From Marsupella aquatica (Eukaryota > Plantae > Marchantiophyta): a stretch of DNA of 64,000 nucleotides. Numbering within the stretch: position 1 is the stretch's first letter; each line of letters opens with the position of its first letter. The stretch covers positions 18,790,857 through 18,854,856 of the forward strand of contig OZ316893.1 of the NCBI GenBank assembly GCA_973895155.1, in the 5' to 3' direction. Of the stretch, positions 48,029 to 62,231 are shown piece after piece. The notes beneath the pieces are model-generated. The model saw nothing but the letters and a program-made list of their open reading frames with translations, did no database searches and had not been told where the DNA came from. Position numbers and translations under genes: made by a program.

Positions 48029-49535
48029 AGTCGCGGAACTTGACTACCTTAACACTTAGCTCCGGTGTTGTTGACTCCGACGCCAAGCTCCCTTATGGTC
48101 CAGGCTTGGATACGCCATCCGGGGAGGACTTAGCATGGGGAGACTTGTGGGCAATGAGACGTGGCACTAGCAAAGGCAAGGAGCAAAACTGGTGACACAC
48201 ATTAAGGACTTAGGCTAGCTGAGAGCTGGTCGGGTCAAGGGGAAAAGGGGTCGGGTTCAAGGTCGACCGTCCGGACCCCCGGACAGACTTTGAGTTCTGA
48301 GGGCTTGAGTGTGAGCTCCTCTTGGGCCCAAAGCCAATGGAGTTGACGCCATGGGCAACGAGCGCTTGGGGCGTGAGTTATGGCTCGATCCGAGTTTGGC
48401 CGATTGGGGACCCCAAGCGGCGATGAGACCTGAGGGCCTAGGCATGAGCACTGGGTCGGCCCGATCACAACAGGCTAAGGCACTCCGCTTGCGGACGCCT
48501 AACAAGAAAGTTATGGGCGTTGCCAGTTGGTGGCGCACCCAGTTGGTGGCGCACCCAGTATGCGCGATAGGATCCGGGTTGGAGGCCAAAAGTTGAGGGA
48601 CCAAAGCTAGTCCGGGGGTGGCAAGTCTCCAAAAGCATATATGAGGGGAGTGGTGCCTCCCTGGGGGCCAAGGGCGAGCCGAAGTCATGAGCCGCGATGG
48701 TCGCGACACTAAGGGAAAGCGCCAAACGGAAACGACAATATCTTCCCAACGGGAAGTTCGTTGGAGAACTTCTTGGGTGCGTTGGAAAGATTTCAAGGAG
48801 GGCTACATCCTCTTGAGATCAACTGGGTATAGGGGTGCCATGGGTTCTCAAGGTTTGCAGGTGTTAGCTCGCCTGCTTGCCAAATTTTGCCGAACAACAG
48901 CAAAGCCGTGTTCAGTCTCCCAAGGGAGCTTGCGTTGGGGAGGAAAGGCCAAGTAAGCGTGGAGGTTGAGTTCCAAGGGTGCTTGGCCCCTAGACCATTA
49001 GTGGGGCGAGAACCAAGAGTTGGTTGCTAGAGTCGGGGCCATTATGGTCCCGACGTGTTGGGACAAGCTTTAGGACAAGCTACGCTATTTGGGCCATGAG
49101 CATGTCCTGGGGTCAGGGCGGTCAGTTGGTGATGGATAGGTACGAGGGGGAACCCGGGCCACGCCCAAGGAAGGAGCTGTTCTGGATGAACAGTGGGCGT
49201 GGGTTCTGGTTCTGGCTTATGGCATTGGGAAGACCTATCGCTGACCTACTTACCAATGTCTATTGAGCTTGAGTTAGGATGCTAGACTCGGGGAGTTCTA
49301 GACCCTGAAGGGTCACTTACCGAGATGCCTAGTTGCTTGTGCAGACAGTGAGGACCATTGAGTAGCGGTCGTGTTAGAGAGCAAGTGCGGTTTCGTATGG
49401 GAGTGGTTGCTGGCGGTGCAAGGGGCACTAGGTTGCTTGCTCAAGGTATTCCGTGGAGGCGTTCAGGCACCAGGGGCACTTAGGCGTGGGTGCCGGGATT
49501 GGTGAGGGCGCTGGGTGGCAAGGTCCACCACTACA
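48029..49535 (+). repeat. Putative 3' LTR (about 1.5 kb) of the Gypsy element
   Basis: Follows the PPT, starts agtcgcgg (degenerate TGTC) and ends in CA; partner LTR is not in the window. Confidence 0.6.
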
Positions 49536-50410
49536 ATAAATCCGACCTCATCAGCTTCACTTCTCAGAAAATTGTTGACCAGAGCGGACTGATCTAGCAC
49601 ATTCAAGTCGTTATTTCCACCAGGCAAGCCAAAGTAGGCATGCCAAATCCAGAGGGATTGATCTGCTATGGCCTCGAGAACAAGATTTGCTATGGCCTCC
49701 AGAACAATGGATTTCTCTCCGTCCTTGTTGGTGAAAAGGCCTTGCCAAGCCACGGGACAATTCTTCCTCTCGTAGTGCATACAATCCAGAGATGCAAACA
49801 TACCAAGGAAACCACGTTCTTCATTGATTTGTAATTGATTGATGATGTCCTCCTTGGTGGGCTGTCTGAGGTACTCCTCCTCATAGTGCTCTCTGATAGC
49901 AGCGCAAAATCGCTTCAAGCATTTCATGGTAGTGCTCTCTCCAATCCGCACATATTCATCAAGGGCATCAGCAAAGACACCCAATGAAAGCATCCTTAAA
50001 GCAACAGTCAATTTTTGGATTGAAGATAATCCAAGAATTCCCGCAGCATCTCGTTTCTGGATGAAATATGGATCGACCTTGCACACAGCATCATGAATTC
50101 GCCAAAACAAAGGTCTTCTCATTCTATACCTTCTTTTGAAATGTCTATCAGTGTAGACTGGAGATTGAGCAAAATAATCCTTCCAAATTCGCTCATGGCC
50201 TTGTGCTTTGTCCCGATCAATGTTCCTTCTCGTTACTGGCCTTGATCCACCTCCCTTCCTTGGGCCCTGTTCGTAGTTATTCATAACGGACCCTCCCACC
50301 ACAACAGTCTCCCACCATGTTTGCTCCTCATCATCCCATTCTTGATAAGCTTGCTCAATCTGCCTCTTCAATTTTGCTCTCCATTGTATGAGTCGGTCAT
50401 CAGATGCCAT
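49536..50410 (-). pseudogene. PIF/Harbinger (Pong-like, Plant_tran) transposase, N-terminal part, interrupted by the Gypsy element
   Basis: DYFAQSPVY...FKRRYRMRRPLF, QKRDAAG..GLS..QKLTVALRML, DEYVRIGEST, GMFASLDCMHY..KNCPVAWQG, LWIWHAYFGLPGGNNDLNVL; homology stops at GFI. Confidence 0.92.
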
Positions 50411-53400
50411 GCTGTTGAAGTCTGTTGAATTTGCTTCCGATCTGTTGAATCATTCCTTCAAATGCATCGACCTCATCACCTGTTCACTCGACAATCTATG
50501 GTGTTTCGTTTGAATTGCATTGCTTTCAAATGCTCCTGGACACCTTCGTGCATTCGACGAGACTATAGCCAACAGATGTTGACTGTAGTTGTCTCGAAGT
50601 GACCATAGTCGCTCTGTTTGCCGTGGTAGAAATAGCGAGGCCGGTGGGGTACCTTATTGGCAGGTACACACCAATCGGGCCCTGCACACCACTAAACTCG
50701 TCAAAAACCCTTTATACCGTGTCCAGGAGACCGAGTCCGGTGGGGATGCTCTAAGTGTGAGAAGAGAGGCACTGAGTATGGGAAGGGAGGTAGTGACTTG
50801 CAGCTAAGGCAAAGGCCATGGGCCTAGCAAGGCCTCGGGCATCCCGTGCAAACCACGGACTACCAGGGAACATCGGTGTGGCGTACGCAGGGTGATTATG
50901 GCTTGGGCAGGGTTGGTGGTCATTTTATACCTTTTGAGTTGTGGTTTAACACACTTAGTAGATGTATAATCGTTCAACCTTCGAGGGGTCGGTCACGGGC
51001 CTGGTATCGATTACTCCGTAAATTCTATTTCTTTCGGCAGAGGATGATAGTTCCTTGGCGTAGGCGATCGCATTCTACAAGCAGCGATTGAGTCTCTGGG
51101 CGGCCGTTCACCTTGGTTCGCACCTCCACTCTTGGCTGGCTCAATTGCGTGCAGTCTTTTCTCTTTGTGGTCTGCGTGCGAGTGGCTGTTCGATTGAACT
51201 ACGTTTCGTGAGTGACTAGCTAGAGGTGGAGGACGAGACTGGGAGCAGCTCCATCTACTTGACTAGGTGGAGTTGGAGACGAACAGGAGAGCTAGGAATG
51301 CGTGGAAGAGAAGACGAGGAGCAGGAGATGAGCGGCGAACCGGCGGTGGAGGAGACGAGTAGCGTTGGTGGTGGAGCAGGAGAGGAGTAATGCACGGGTA
51401 GCGCTGCACATCCGATGAAGGATGTACAAATGACGATCCCTTTCCCCTCTTTTCCTCCCCTTGGGTTGTTTTGCCTTTGGGATCATGTCTCCCGTTCGGC
51501 GTTTTCTGCCTTTGTGCAGTGTGATATATAATGACGAGGTAAATAACGACTCTTGAGGTGGGTTGTCAATATTTTTGCCGTTGCTCATTTTGTGGCGGTG
51601 TCGTTGCCGTGGAGAGAATCGCTTTGGCGACCTGAAGGAAGGGTTGTCGTCAGCATCGACTGCATTGCGGACCGATTTCAATGCTTCGGATATTAGTGTT
51701 TGATCACTCGCGTCTATGGACAACAGTGAGGGACCACCCTGGGCCACGAAGGCGGGTATGAAAGGGAGCGGGCTGGATACAAGGTGTTGGTATTGACGAG
51801 AGTGACTTTTTGAAGAATAGAGGAAAAGAATATTTGAGGATATGGAGGAGGAGAAATCAGATGAGATAGGCCGTTGACGTTGGGACGGATGAGCGGCGGA
51901 AGTGATGGAAGTCGAAATGGTTGAGTTGCTAGGTGCGAGATCAAATATGTTGTCAGAGCTGGGTTTCAATCGCCGTGGAAGATTTTAACGTTACGTCTGT
52001 CCAGTAAGGTTATGTTTTTACTACCTGAGGATGGAGCTTTGATGAGCAAAGGCCAATTCTCAGGCGCCCTGATATTGCATCGCACCACAGCCCCTCAGGT
52101 CAGACTTTACATAACGAAAGCACGAGTGGAATTAGGATATTCGAACTGGTAAGAAAGAAGGGTTTTAGTCGGGGTTTATGATTATCGCATTTGGGAAGCT
52201 GTGGCCTGAGCTGATTTTGAAGGATCGATAGGTGAGTAGTTTGCCTCGAGGCGGGAATAGAGTTACTCCCGAGTAGAATCGTAGGCTTAATTCCTGGCAG
52301 TCTGCAGGCTGTCAAATAGGCTTCACACGGTGCCTACTCATATCAAGGATTGGAACAGGGCAATATGTTGGTTGCGCAATCCCATCTAGACTGCTACAGT
52401 GAAGAGGATCATGGCAGAGAGCTTGCTAGGTTACGCTTGGACCTAGACTCACGGTGAGACGTTCCCAAGCTTGAATCAGTGATGGAGTGAAGATGGAGCA
52501 TGGACATCTAGACGTAAGAATGTGCACAAGATTGAATCGGGCTCCGTGGACAGGTAAATGCGGTCTATGGCTTGGTCAAAACGAGCAAACCCCCAGACAT
52601 TTGTTTGGGAGCCCTAGTCCGCAGCATCATCTCCAGTGTTTCATAAGCACTCACTCACCAATTGGGCAAATGTTTTTTACAGAGAAGAGGAATTTTAGTG
52701 CTGGAGTCTGAAACCTGATCCTATCCCAGTTTGATTCCCATCCATGCAGATTTGGGATCGGTGAGCAGAAAGTTAAAACAATGGTTGTGGAAACAATAGA
52801 CTCTCCTTAACTCTGTAGAAGAAGTGAAGCATCTGCAAACGAATAATTGTTTAGCTTTTTCCTGTGTTATGAATCACTGACGAAAGATCTCCCATTTGAT
52901 GGGCAGATAAGATATTGAAGGACGAAGAGCAAACGATGAAAACATTCCTTTTAAAACTCTGATCGCTTCGGCATTAGAACGATATCTTGTTATCCTGTTT
53001 GCAAATTTGCTAGTGACTATTGACGGTTCATTAGGAGAAAACAAGTTGTCTCTTTGCAAAGAGTCTTTCATTTAATATACATCATATTTTGTTCCGTTTT
53101 TCTTTCTTCCGATGAAAAAATGTACACATGCCTTACCGTCCTTCGACTTGGATCCATCCCAGTTGAATAGGCCTGAAGTCGACGAGACTCGTTCAATCCG
53201 GGAACGAAAACGAATCTTCGATTTCGAGAGGGATGATCAACGCCACAAACATCAAGCAAAACTTTAAAACGCGTACAGTGTTTAAAACCTTCGCACCTCT
53301 ACCGCAGTGGTTAAAGATTCCTTTACGGTCCCTCCGTTGTTCAGTGGAAGAGACTCGGGGACAGTTATGCAAACTGTCTTCTGTCAGCCCTTTCCACCAT

Positions 53401-54325
53401 CGCTCAATTTCCGACCCTGTGCGTACGATCAGGAACACGATCAATGATCATGATGGAATGGACAGAATGTGTGTTTGTCGAAAGCCAATTTGTACCCTAG
53501 GTCGAACCTTCTTGGCAAGTTTACGAGTTTCACAGGACATTGGCCCCTTTGGAAACTATTTACAATTATGGAATTGATGCCGTGTTATGAAAATCTGCAT
53601 TGACTTCTGTGTTGTGTGACAGACGAGCACTAGGCTGCGATTCATTACAGTAAACTCGTAAACTCTGCAAAGTATTCGTGTACTCTAGTTGATCAGGAGA
53701 ATGCATAAAGTGTTGAAAGTAAGGATCGGAAATAGCTTCATGCCGTAGCCAGATTGCTTGCAGTGATTGTTCTTGTGGAAGCTGACGAAAGCTAGTTTTT
53801 GTCGACAGGATAATACCCAACAAAGACGTATGGCCAGCTAAAAGCTTATCAGTTGGCATGATTATCCCCAGTGGACCTACCTTTGGTGAGCATTAAAGAG
53901 ATTTCCAGCGCTCAATACGTGCAGGAAGCGTTCAGTTCTTTGAACTCCTTGAACTTAAGTAGCCTAAGCTGCTAGATGGGTTAACGATTCTCGACATAGA
54001 TTATATCTCAACCCGGCGTGAGACTTGATATAGCGACACAAGGGATTCTCTCCTGAATATTGGTACTAAATTTCAATTTAAATCAATTAATCTTTCATAA
54101 GAATGATCAAACCAGATGATATTTACGACATCGCCATCAAGAAAGCCATCTACGAGTACCATAGCTTCTATATGGACATGCCTAGACATGTCATTTAAAC
54201 GATTACTAAGAAAACTCAAAGACGAATCCGTAGAGTCCGAAATTCGGTCAGCTAATGTGAACGCGAGCTGGGTCTCCACCTAGCGCACTATCTATCTGCA
54301 GCTAACCTTACTTGCACGTTTACAG

Positions 54326-55110
<785 letters not shown>

Positions 55111-56097
55111 AATTTTAAAGGCCTTCAGTCGCCTCTAAAATTGGGAGACTTCTTTCTTCATACTCTCGTCTCTAACTACGAACTAGTTCTTCCACTACAA
55201 CCGCAATATTTGACAATCAGGTCCCGTTTGTAGATCTCTTTCTCCGATGCTCCCTTGCTTCCCCTGTTTTGGGACCTACTTCAAGTAGCTTTTGGAACGG
55301 ATTGGATTCGTTTTTCCGTTTCGGAAATGTTTCGAGACAATTCGTTTCTCTTCCTACTTGAATTTTTACTCAAATTTCAAAACTAGTCTTTACTCTCAAA
55401 CCCTTCACTGTACCACGGATGGTTCTATCGCTCTGAATCCCATCGTGATGCCCCCTTTTGTTCGATGGAAGAACTGTCAACACCCACCGTCCCCCTTGTT
55501 TCAAATCTTGGAATGCCCACTTCTTCTATAGCTCTTCCCTTGCCGAATAATCTTGGAACTGATCCAGTAGCTCTACCCGCGCTCCCAGTTGAAGATTCCA
55601 CCGGGTCAGTAAAGGAGCATGAGCATTCTTCCTTGGAGACGTCTACGAGTATTCCCCCAGGTACTTCTACACTGACGATTCCTACCCCTTCTTTGATTTC
55701 AAATTTTTCTACGTCGTCTACTTCATATCCACATATTAAATCTCGGAATCCTTGATCTCGTCGGTTATCGATTAGACTTAAAATCGTGTGACTTTCGCAT
55801 ACTCAGTTTCAACATCGTGTTGCACGCTTGTCCTCGGTTGAGTAAGTTTCCACCAACCGTCGCCCTTGTCCTTGGTAAATTATAAGCTGCCGTGTGATTT
55901 CTGATTTCTGATTTTATACTTTTCTCTTTTCCTTTGCAAACTCGTTTTCGGAAAATGAAAACATCTAAAATATCTAAATTTGGGGAATTCCAATAGTATC
56001 CCTTCCCATCTCAGCTCCTCATTTTCCTACTTCATTGAATTCTTCAACCGCTTGCAATTCTGCTGGCAGTTATTCACGCGCAGGGTCAGGTAACACC

Positions 56098-58852
56098 ATG
56101 GATTGCAGTCCGCCACCTAGCAACCATTTGACCGAGAGGGATTAACAACTTTTCCAGTAGTGCAATCCAGGTGTCGGGTTCTTCGCCTGAACTTACATCA
56201 ATTAAGGGAGAACTTACCCCCACTCCTGGTTCTCCCGTTGCCCCGGCTTCCGCGACCCTTCCAAGTATGCCGGCAAGTGAAGGACAGAAAGGGGAAGGAT
56301 GGCCTTATGCACCTCAGGAATGGCCAGAACCTGATGACAAATGGATTTGGAGAGTAGGCAAAAGAGTGCATCTGAATGGGTATTTTAGAGATAGGCATCT
56401 GAGCTTGCCAAAACGCTTTACGTAAAGGAAGAAAGCCCGATGAATTTTCCAGCAAAAATTCCATTGTGGAGTACTTGAAGGAGAACTTTCCTGACTTGGC
56501 TGTAGAGAATTTCTTCAAGTCATTTCAGTGGAGAATACCCAATTTCACTTATTGGAACTTCTTTTCTACTTAGTTCTGGCCTCAGTTTTGCACTCTACTA
56601 AACCCATGTCACGGGGGTGGCATGATATGTCAACAGCAATTGTAACACGTTTTGTTGTGTATCGTCTGATTGAAGCATTGAAGTTCAATACTGTCAAGCG
56701 CCCCAGGACAGCAGAGGACAACATAGATGCTCCTAATTCACCTAAACGGCCAAAGAAGCAGTGCGAAGCAGGAAATGCGAAGTGTGGGCTGGAAACAGGA
56801 AGGAGCATACTTCTGGGAGATCTTGAGTGTTTGGCTTGTGATGTCTGCTGCTCAGAACCCGGGTTTTGTCGGGAGTGCAAGTGTATCCTTTGCTGCAAGA
56901 CAATCAGTCCAGAGGGTGGAGACAATAACTTTGTTAGATGCCTCTGCAAACCTTCAGGAGAAGGCATGTGTGGGCATGCTGCACATTTGGAGTGCGCTTT
57001 GCATTCAAAAATGGCTGGAGTAGTGAAAAATAGAGGTCTTGATATGGAGTATTTATGTCGCCGCTGTGACAGCAGAACAGACTTAAGAGAGCTTGTTACA
57101 CTTCTGATTGAAGCAGTAGATTATACTGCTGTGAGGACATACGCCGAAACGAGCCTGGAACTGGCTCTAGAGATAATGAAGGGTACCAAGCGTGGCGGAA
57201 GTGGAGCAAGGGTTCTCGAGTACTTAGTTCAAACAGCTCTTAGAAAAGTACATCTCTTGAACTCTGTTGGTGGAGTATCTGCAATTATTGTCTGCTTTGT
57301 GGGCAGGCTGGGTATGATGTGATTATTTGGATTACGGGGTTCAGAAAACAGGTACGGTAATCTCTATTCTAACCTGAGATGGGTGTTTTAGGTTCAAACT
57401 GGAGCCGATATCAAGGAAGTCTTTAAGGAGCTGAAGCATCAAGGTGCATCTGCTGAAGCTGGTAAAGATCCATTTCGATTGAAGTTTTCTGATGTTAACT
57501 CAGGAATTGATATGAAATCTAGCAAGCGGAATAGATAATCACGTGCCTTTGGTTGCGTTACCAGAGTACACGTGCGCTTATGCCTAGTCCTGGCGTGCCC
57601 CAGTTATGTACTTAAGAGACGTTCTCGCCTAGAGAGCAGCCTGAGGAAGATTACTGAGTTTTTATCGTGCCTGTGTTCTGCAGCCAGACAATGGAACGTG
57701 GGTCACGGTTGTATTTTATTGGAGGATGCTTCCCAGCAGCCAGAGGCTAGCTTAGATCAGTGGCTTCCATCCTCAAGCTCACCTTCCTCGCATCGCTCCC
57801 CAGGCACTCCCTCTAGTCTTACCTCTCCTGGCCTGAGAACTAACCCTTCGGTTACTAGTGGCCACCTAAGCGGCCCTCAATCTGTTGATGGCTCACTTCG
57901 GAAGCAAAGTGCTGCTGAATGTCAAACATCTCATGAAGGCTTTTCTAATTCCAAATATAAGAACTCTCATCTTGGGCACAAGCCCCTTATAAAAGCAACC
58001 GGACAACCTAGAGGAGGTCGTCGAATCCGTGCAGTTACATCCAATGACAATCACATCGGCCTTGAAACTATTTGTGATTCCTTGACCGGGACGCGGGGGA
58101 ATCATGCTGCAGCGCCTGGCTCGTTTGATGGGAATTCAGTCTTGCGTACCAACCAAAACTCAAATTTTGGGTCAAAAACTCTGATGGACCAGAGAAATCC
58201 TTCCTCGGAGGCAAGTAAACTTACGGAAGTCATTGTCGTTCCTGAGATTTGCAAATCGTGTGGAGCGGTTAGGCATAGCACTGGTAATGGCGTATTAATC
58301 TCTTCAAGTGCAAACATTTCAAAGACTGACGATGGAGGAGAGAACATAGGTTTGACTTGTCCCTTGACACCTGGGGATGAGGAACCAGGTGGCTTTGATT
58401 GTCAAAAACAAGTCCCAGAAAGTGATACAGGGGTTGGTGGGAGGGATCTCCCGCGCTGTGCAGATTCAGCCAACGGTTCTATACAGAGTGCAACAAGCGC
58501 TTCACTACAGCTACTTGACTCACAATGTGAACAGGACATGCAAGCTGCACTCCAGAAATTAAGACGGACCCAGGAAGCAGAATTTGAACGCGCTAAAGCA
58601 TGTCTGACTGCGAAAAAAGAATCCATCATGAGAAAGTATGAGTTGTTTGAGACCACCAGCGGGGAATTTTCTGAACAACCTGTTTTGTTATCGTTAGATG
58701 CATATGATGAATTCTTATTGAGAAATGGTACTCAATTTGGAGGGGCAATAGAGGAGCGTGATAATTTCGAGATAATGCTGAAAATTGGTGACGGCTTTGG
58801 TAGTGTCTCAAAGGACACGCTGACGAAGTTCTATCAATGGCCTGAGAAATGA
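56098..58852 (+). CDS. OBERON-like PHD-finger protein (At1g05410/DUF1423-type: GEGWPYAP domain, PHD, C-terminal coiled coil); frameshifted as assembled, start uncertain
   Basis: GEGWPYAPQEWPEPDDKWIWRVGKR...DRHL.LP; +1 shift to FSSK..IVEYLKENFPD...FFKSFQWRIP; CDVCCSEPGFCRECKCILC...CGHAAHLECAL...LDMEYLCRRCD; exon 57392-57461; last exon ending LKIGDGFGSVSK. Confidence 0.8.
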
Positions 58853-61800
58853 TCTATGAGAAATGATCTATCGGGTCTACTGTTGCTCCAGGCCTCTGAA
58901 GAGGACTTTTATTGGATACGACAAGTACCAATACATTTGGGGTTCCCTGTGTGCAGACTTAGTTTGTATTGGATTGGGTGATCATGGCGAGGACAATTCA
59001 GTGAACGATTTGGCCTTCCCAGGTCCTTGCGTTAGCTTGACGACTTAGGGAAATGATGCAGCACCCTTGCTGGAACTCTCGTTGCTGGAACCTTTCCGAT
59101 GCCGTGTGAAATTATGTGCTGTGAATTTCCATAGCCGTGAATTGGCTGTGGGCTCTCACCACCGTCATATTCATTCTTGACAGCACTTACTGTAGTTGGA
59201 ATTTCAGTGAGACTTGCTACTTCAAAGAAATATCGTTTTTTTTAATCATCTACCAATGGCTGTGAATTATTAGAGAATGATATCTGCAACATTCATAACC
59301 CTCAAGTATGGCGCCCCTTATCTGGCGGACCCTTAAGCAAGGGCTAGCCTTTGCAGCCCTGCACAATAGTCGCCGGAGACAATAGTAGACGACTGTGAAG
59401 ATGGTGCAAAGATTGAGCTCAGGGGTATGGAAGGCTATATGGACAAAGTACAGTAAGTAGTTCATTCTCTTCTCTGGGAATGAAATGCACAAGTTTCCTT
59501 TCACTATACACCTCAGGACACAATATTTGGGGCCAAGCCAATAAGCGCTCCCCGCCCCCCACCCTTCGCCCCAATTCATTTGAGAAGGGGCCTGCAAAAA
59601 GCTACGGAACCTAATTCCCTATAGTAGTTGTTCATTCTGCTGAGTCTATCTACATAGATACTTATATGGATATTTAACGTAAATGGATACATGGTAGTGT
59701 AGCTTGATATAACTTTCACTTGGTACTGGGCTCTACCTCTCTCTTCCCGTCTAATCAAATTGATATAATTTTGGTCCATCTTGGCAATCAATTTCGAGAC
59801 ATGTTACCTTACCTTCAACAGATTCAAATAACTGGGAAGTCAACGTTAGCACTAACTAGGCTCCAAGGCATTATCTATGGGATTCTTCGTTGGAAATGGA
59901 GGAAACGATGTTTTTTGATAATAGACACTGCCCCTTTTGGTGACGTCACTTTCTTGCTCTCACAAAAGTTTTTCAATCTGGAAAGCAAGTTTTTTAATCA
60001 AGTAAAAGACAATATGGAGCAAAACCAGCCAGGCCCGCAAAAGCCGGACAAGGCCGCCAAGCTACAACGCCGGACACATCCAGTGAGTAGCAGGTGGTAG
60101 AATCTGAGGAGAACAACTCAGAAGCGCTCCAACAAGATGCTCCACAAAAACCCAAAGTAAACCGTAATCTAGGAAAGTGCTACTACATAAACTGTTGGTA
60201 GAGCATGTATCGTCAATGCACGCTGAACTCTACCGTGCAGAATCGTGCTCTACTCACAATAGTTTGATGGAGGAAATTATAGAATGGGCTCTCAACGTTG
60301 GCGTGGTGGTTACCCCTAGTTTTCCGCTTTGAGCTGCTGTTGGTTTTTCTTACGAGTGAATTCCAGAGCCTAATGAGGGTTTTTGAGGATATTAAGTTGC
60401 TATGTCCGTCCACCACAAGAGAATAAGGATAGTCTGCCGATCCAACGAGGAAAAGCAAGGGGTTGTCTGTTCGTCCATTTTATATAATGAACTCGTGCGT
60501 GCTTTATTTTGAAAGTAATATGCGATAGAACCCGTCCCATTTGGAGGACAAAACAGAGACTCTATAGACCATGTCAGAACGTTTCGTAGGGAGGGCTAGA
60601 ACCGTCCCGTCTACACCAGGAAAGTCGGCTGCTGTTAGTAGATCGGTAGAGTGAGTTGGTCTAACACAGTCGACTGGCCAAAGATTCAGGCCATGAAGAA
60701 CCACACTGATGACATTTCGTTCGGGAATTCTGATTCATCGTTGGCAACACACAACTCTGCACACCACACGGCGCGAGCATGTTCGTGTTTTCGAAGGCAT
60801 CGAAAATTTTCATACGCTCTAGTTTTTGAAGTCCACCAGATTCAGTGAAATGACTAATGTAGGATATTATTGTAGGAACATACTCATCCACGTTAGTATC
60901 CCAGGGTACCGAGTGCTATTAGTTAAGATCTGACCCTACATCTTCCGGAGCGGCCCACCTGTTGACAATGTGAACATGAGTACATTCCTACAAAATCCAA
61001 GTGGATAAGATGTCTTCTCTCGTCGGTGGCCAACTGCGATGTCCAACTGCATTGCCGCTGTTCCGTCCAGAAAGGACAATCAAGATCACGACTCTTTTTA
61101 GTCTCGGCAAGACAGTTGTGGGTCGGAAAGTGCCCTCACCCAAAAACCCAAAAACCATAATTGCAACTCCATGAAAATTTTTGCCAGAGCTTCGGACAGG
61201 TTTCTCCACACAAGATTTCGCTTACAACCAGGCCACGACCCAACGACTCATCACCTAGTATTCGAAGACCTCCTTACCAAATGCTGATCTTGTATTTCTT
61301 CCATATCAAAAGATAGTATGCTCCGGATAAGTTGGGACTAGTACGCAAAGATGAGTCATCTAAAATTTACGAATCCCAGACCGGCTGTCAATTCGCCAGT
61401 TTAATGACATGCAAGGACTGCGTATTTTATTATTATTCAAAGATATAAAAAATGACGCAGAATGTAGCACACTAACGAGCTCCTAAAATAATTGATCTGC
61501 TTCGAAGCAGCTTCGAGGCACAATGTCAAGTTCACCTGACCGATTATCATCTCCGACAACTTAGGGATTTAGCGGCGTCTCTGGCGGAGTAGTACACCAG
61601 CGAGTCCAAGTCATATTAACCACAGCAGACACCAAGATTCAACGAATAATGACAACAGGAAAGGCGGACCAGTTCGGGAAATCCGAGTAGCACAAATTAC
61701 GCCCGTCTAAAAATGACTAATACTACCTGTAGAAGCATGTGCGACCATTACAAAATAATGTTTAGGATCCTAGCGTATCCTGCCAAACGATTTGAGAAGA

Positions 61801-62231
61801 GTAGCAGAAAATTGGCACGACAATTCTAGAGGATTGACCACCATTGCAGAAACCTCACTTCATCTCATAAAGAAAGTAAAAATATATGCTCATAGGAATA
61901 TCCCGACTCGTAATCCCAGCTTAAAGTGCTGGGTATGGGACAGGCCAGAGCTACACCGATCCCGAAAATTTGAGACCTTGGTCAAGGTTGTAAATGATGG
62001 TGCCTATAGACACCAGCAAAAGGGAATCGAGAAGAGGATCATAGCTTTGAAACAACCGTGATGTCTTCTCATTGATGTAGTAGGGCAATCAAAAGATAAG
62101 CAAATTGCCCTCTTAAGTGGACGCTGCCTGTCTTGACCACTGACGCGCGGGAGTGGCAGCAATCAGATAATGAGCCTAAAACCAATACCTGACCTCTAAA
62201 CCGTTGGAAACAAAATTGTGCTGCCGTAAAG

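Larger units (their letters stand above)
45638..49535 (+). mobile_element. Chromovirus-type Ty3/Gypsy element, 3' half (pol remnant, PPT, 3' LTR)
   Basis: RNase H, integrase and chromodomain fragments. PPT ttttaaggggggtg at about 48012-48026. LTR-like region ends ...ccactaca at 49535, where the Harbinger frame resumes. Confidence 0.8.

Noticed and set aside
48235-49266. Several ORFs in the Gypsy LTR region
   Set aside because: Short, overlapping on both strands in GC-rich sequence, with no domain signatures.
50667-50683. Possible Harbinger TIR (GGGCCCGATTGGTGTG on the minus strand)
   Set aside because: Not followed by a TAA/TTA target and the partner end is not in the window, so it cannot be supported.
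51292-51969. 225-aa Ser-rich minus-strand ORF
   Set aside because: Low-complexity translation of GA-rich sequence with no recognisable domain.
59000-62200. Short ORFs between the PHD gene and the AHL gene
   Set aside because: No motifs or consistent exon structure; likely UTR/intergenic.
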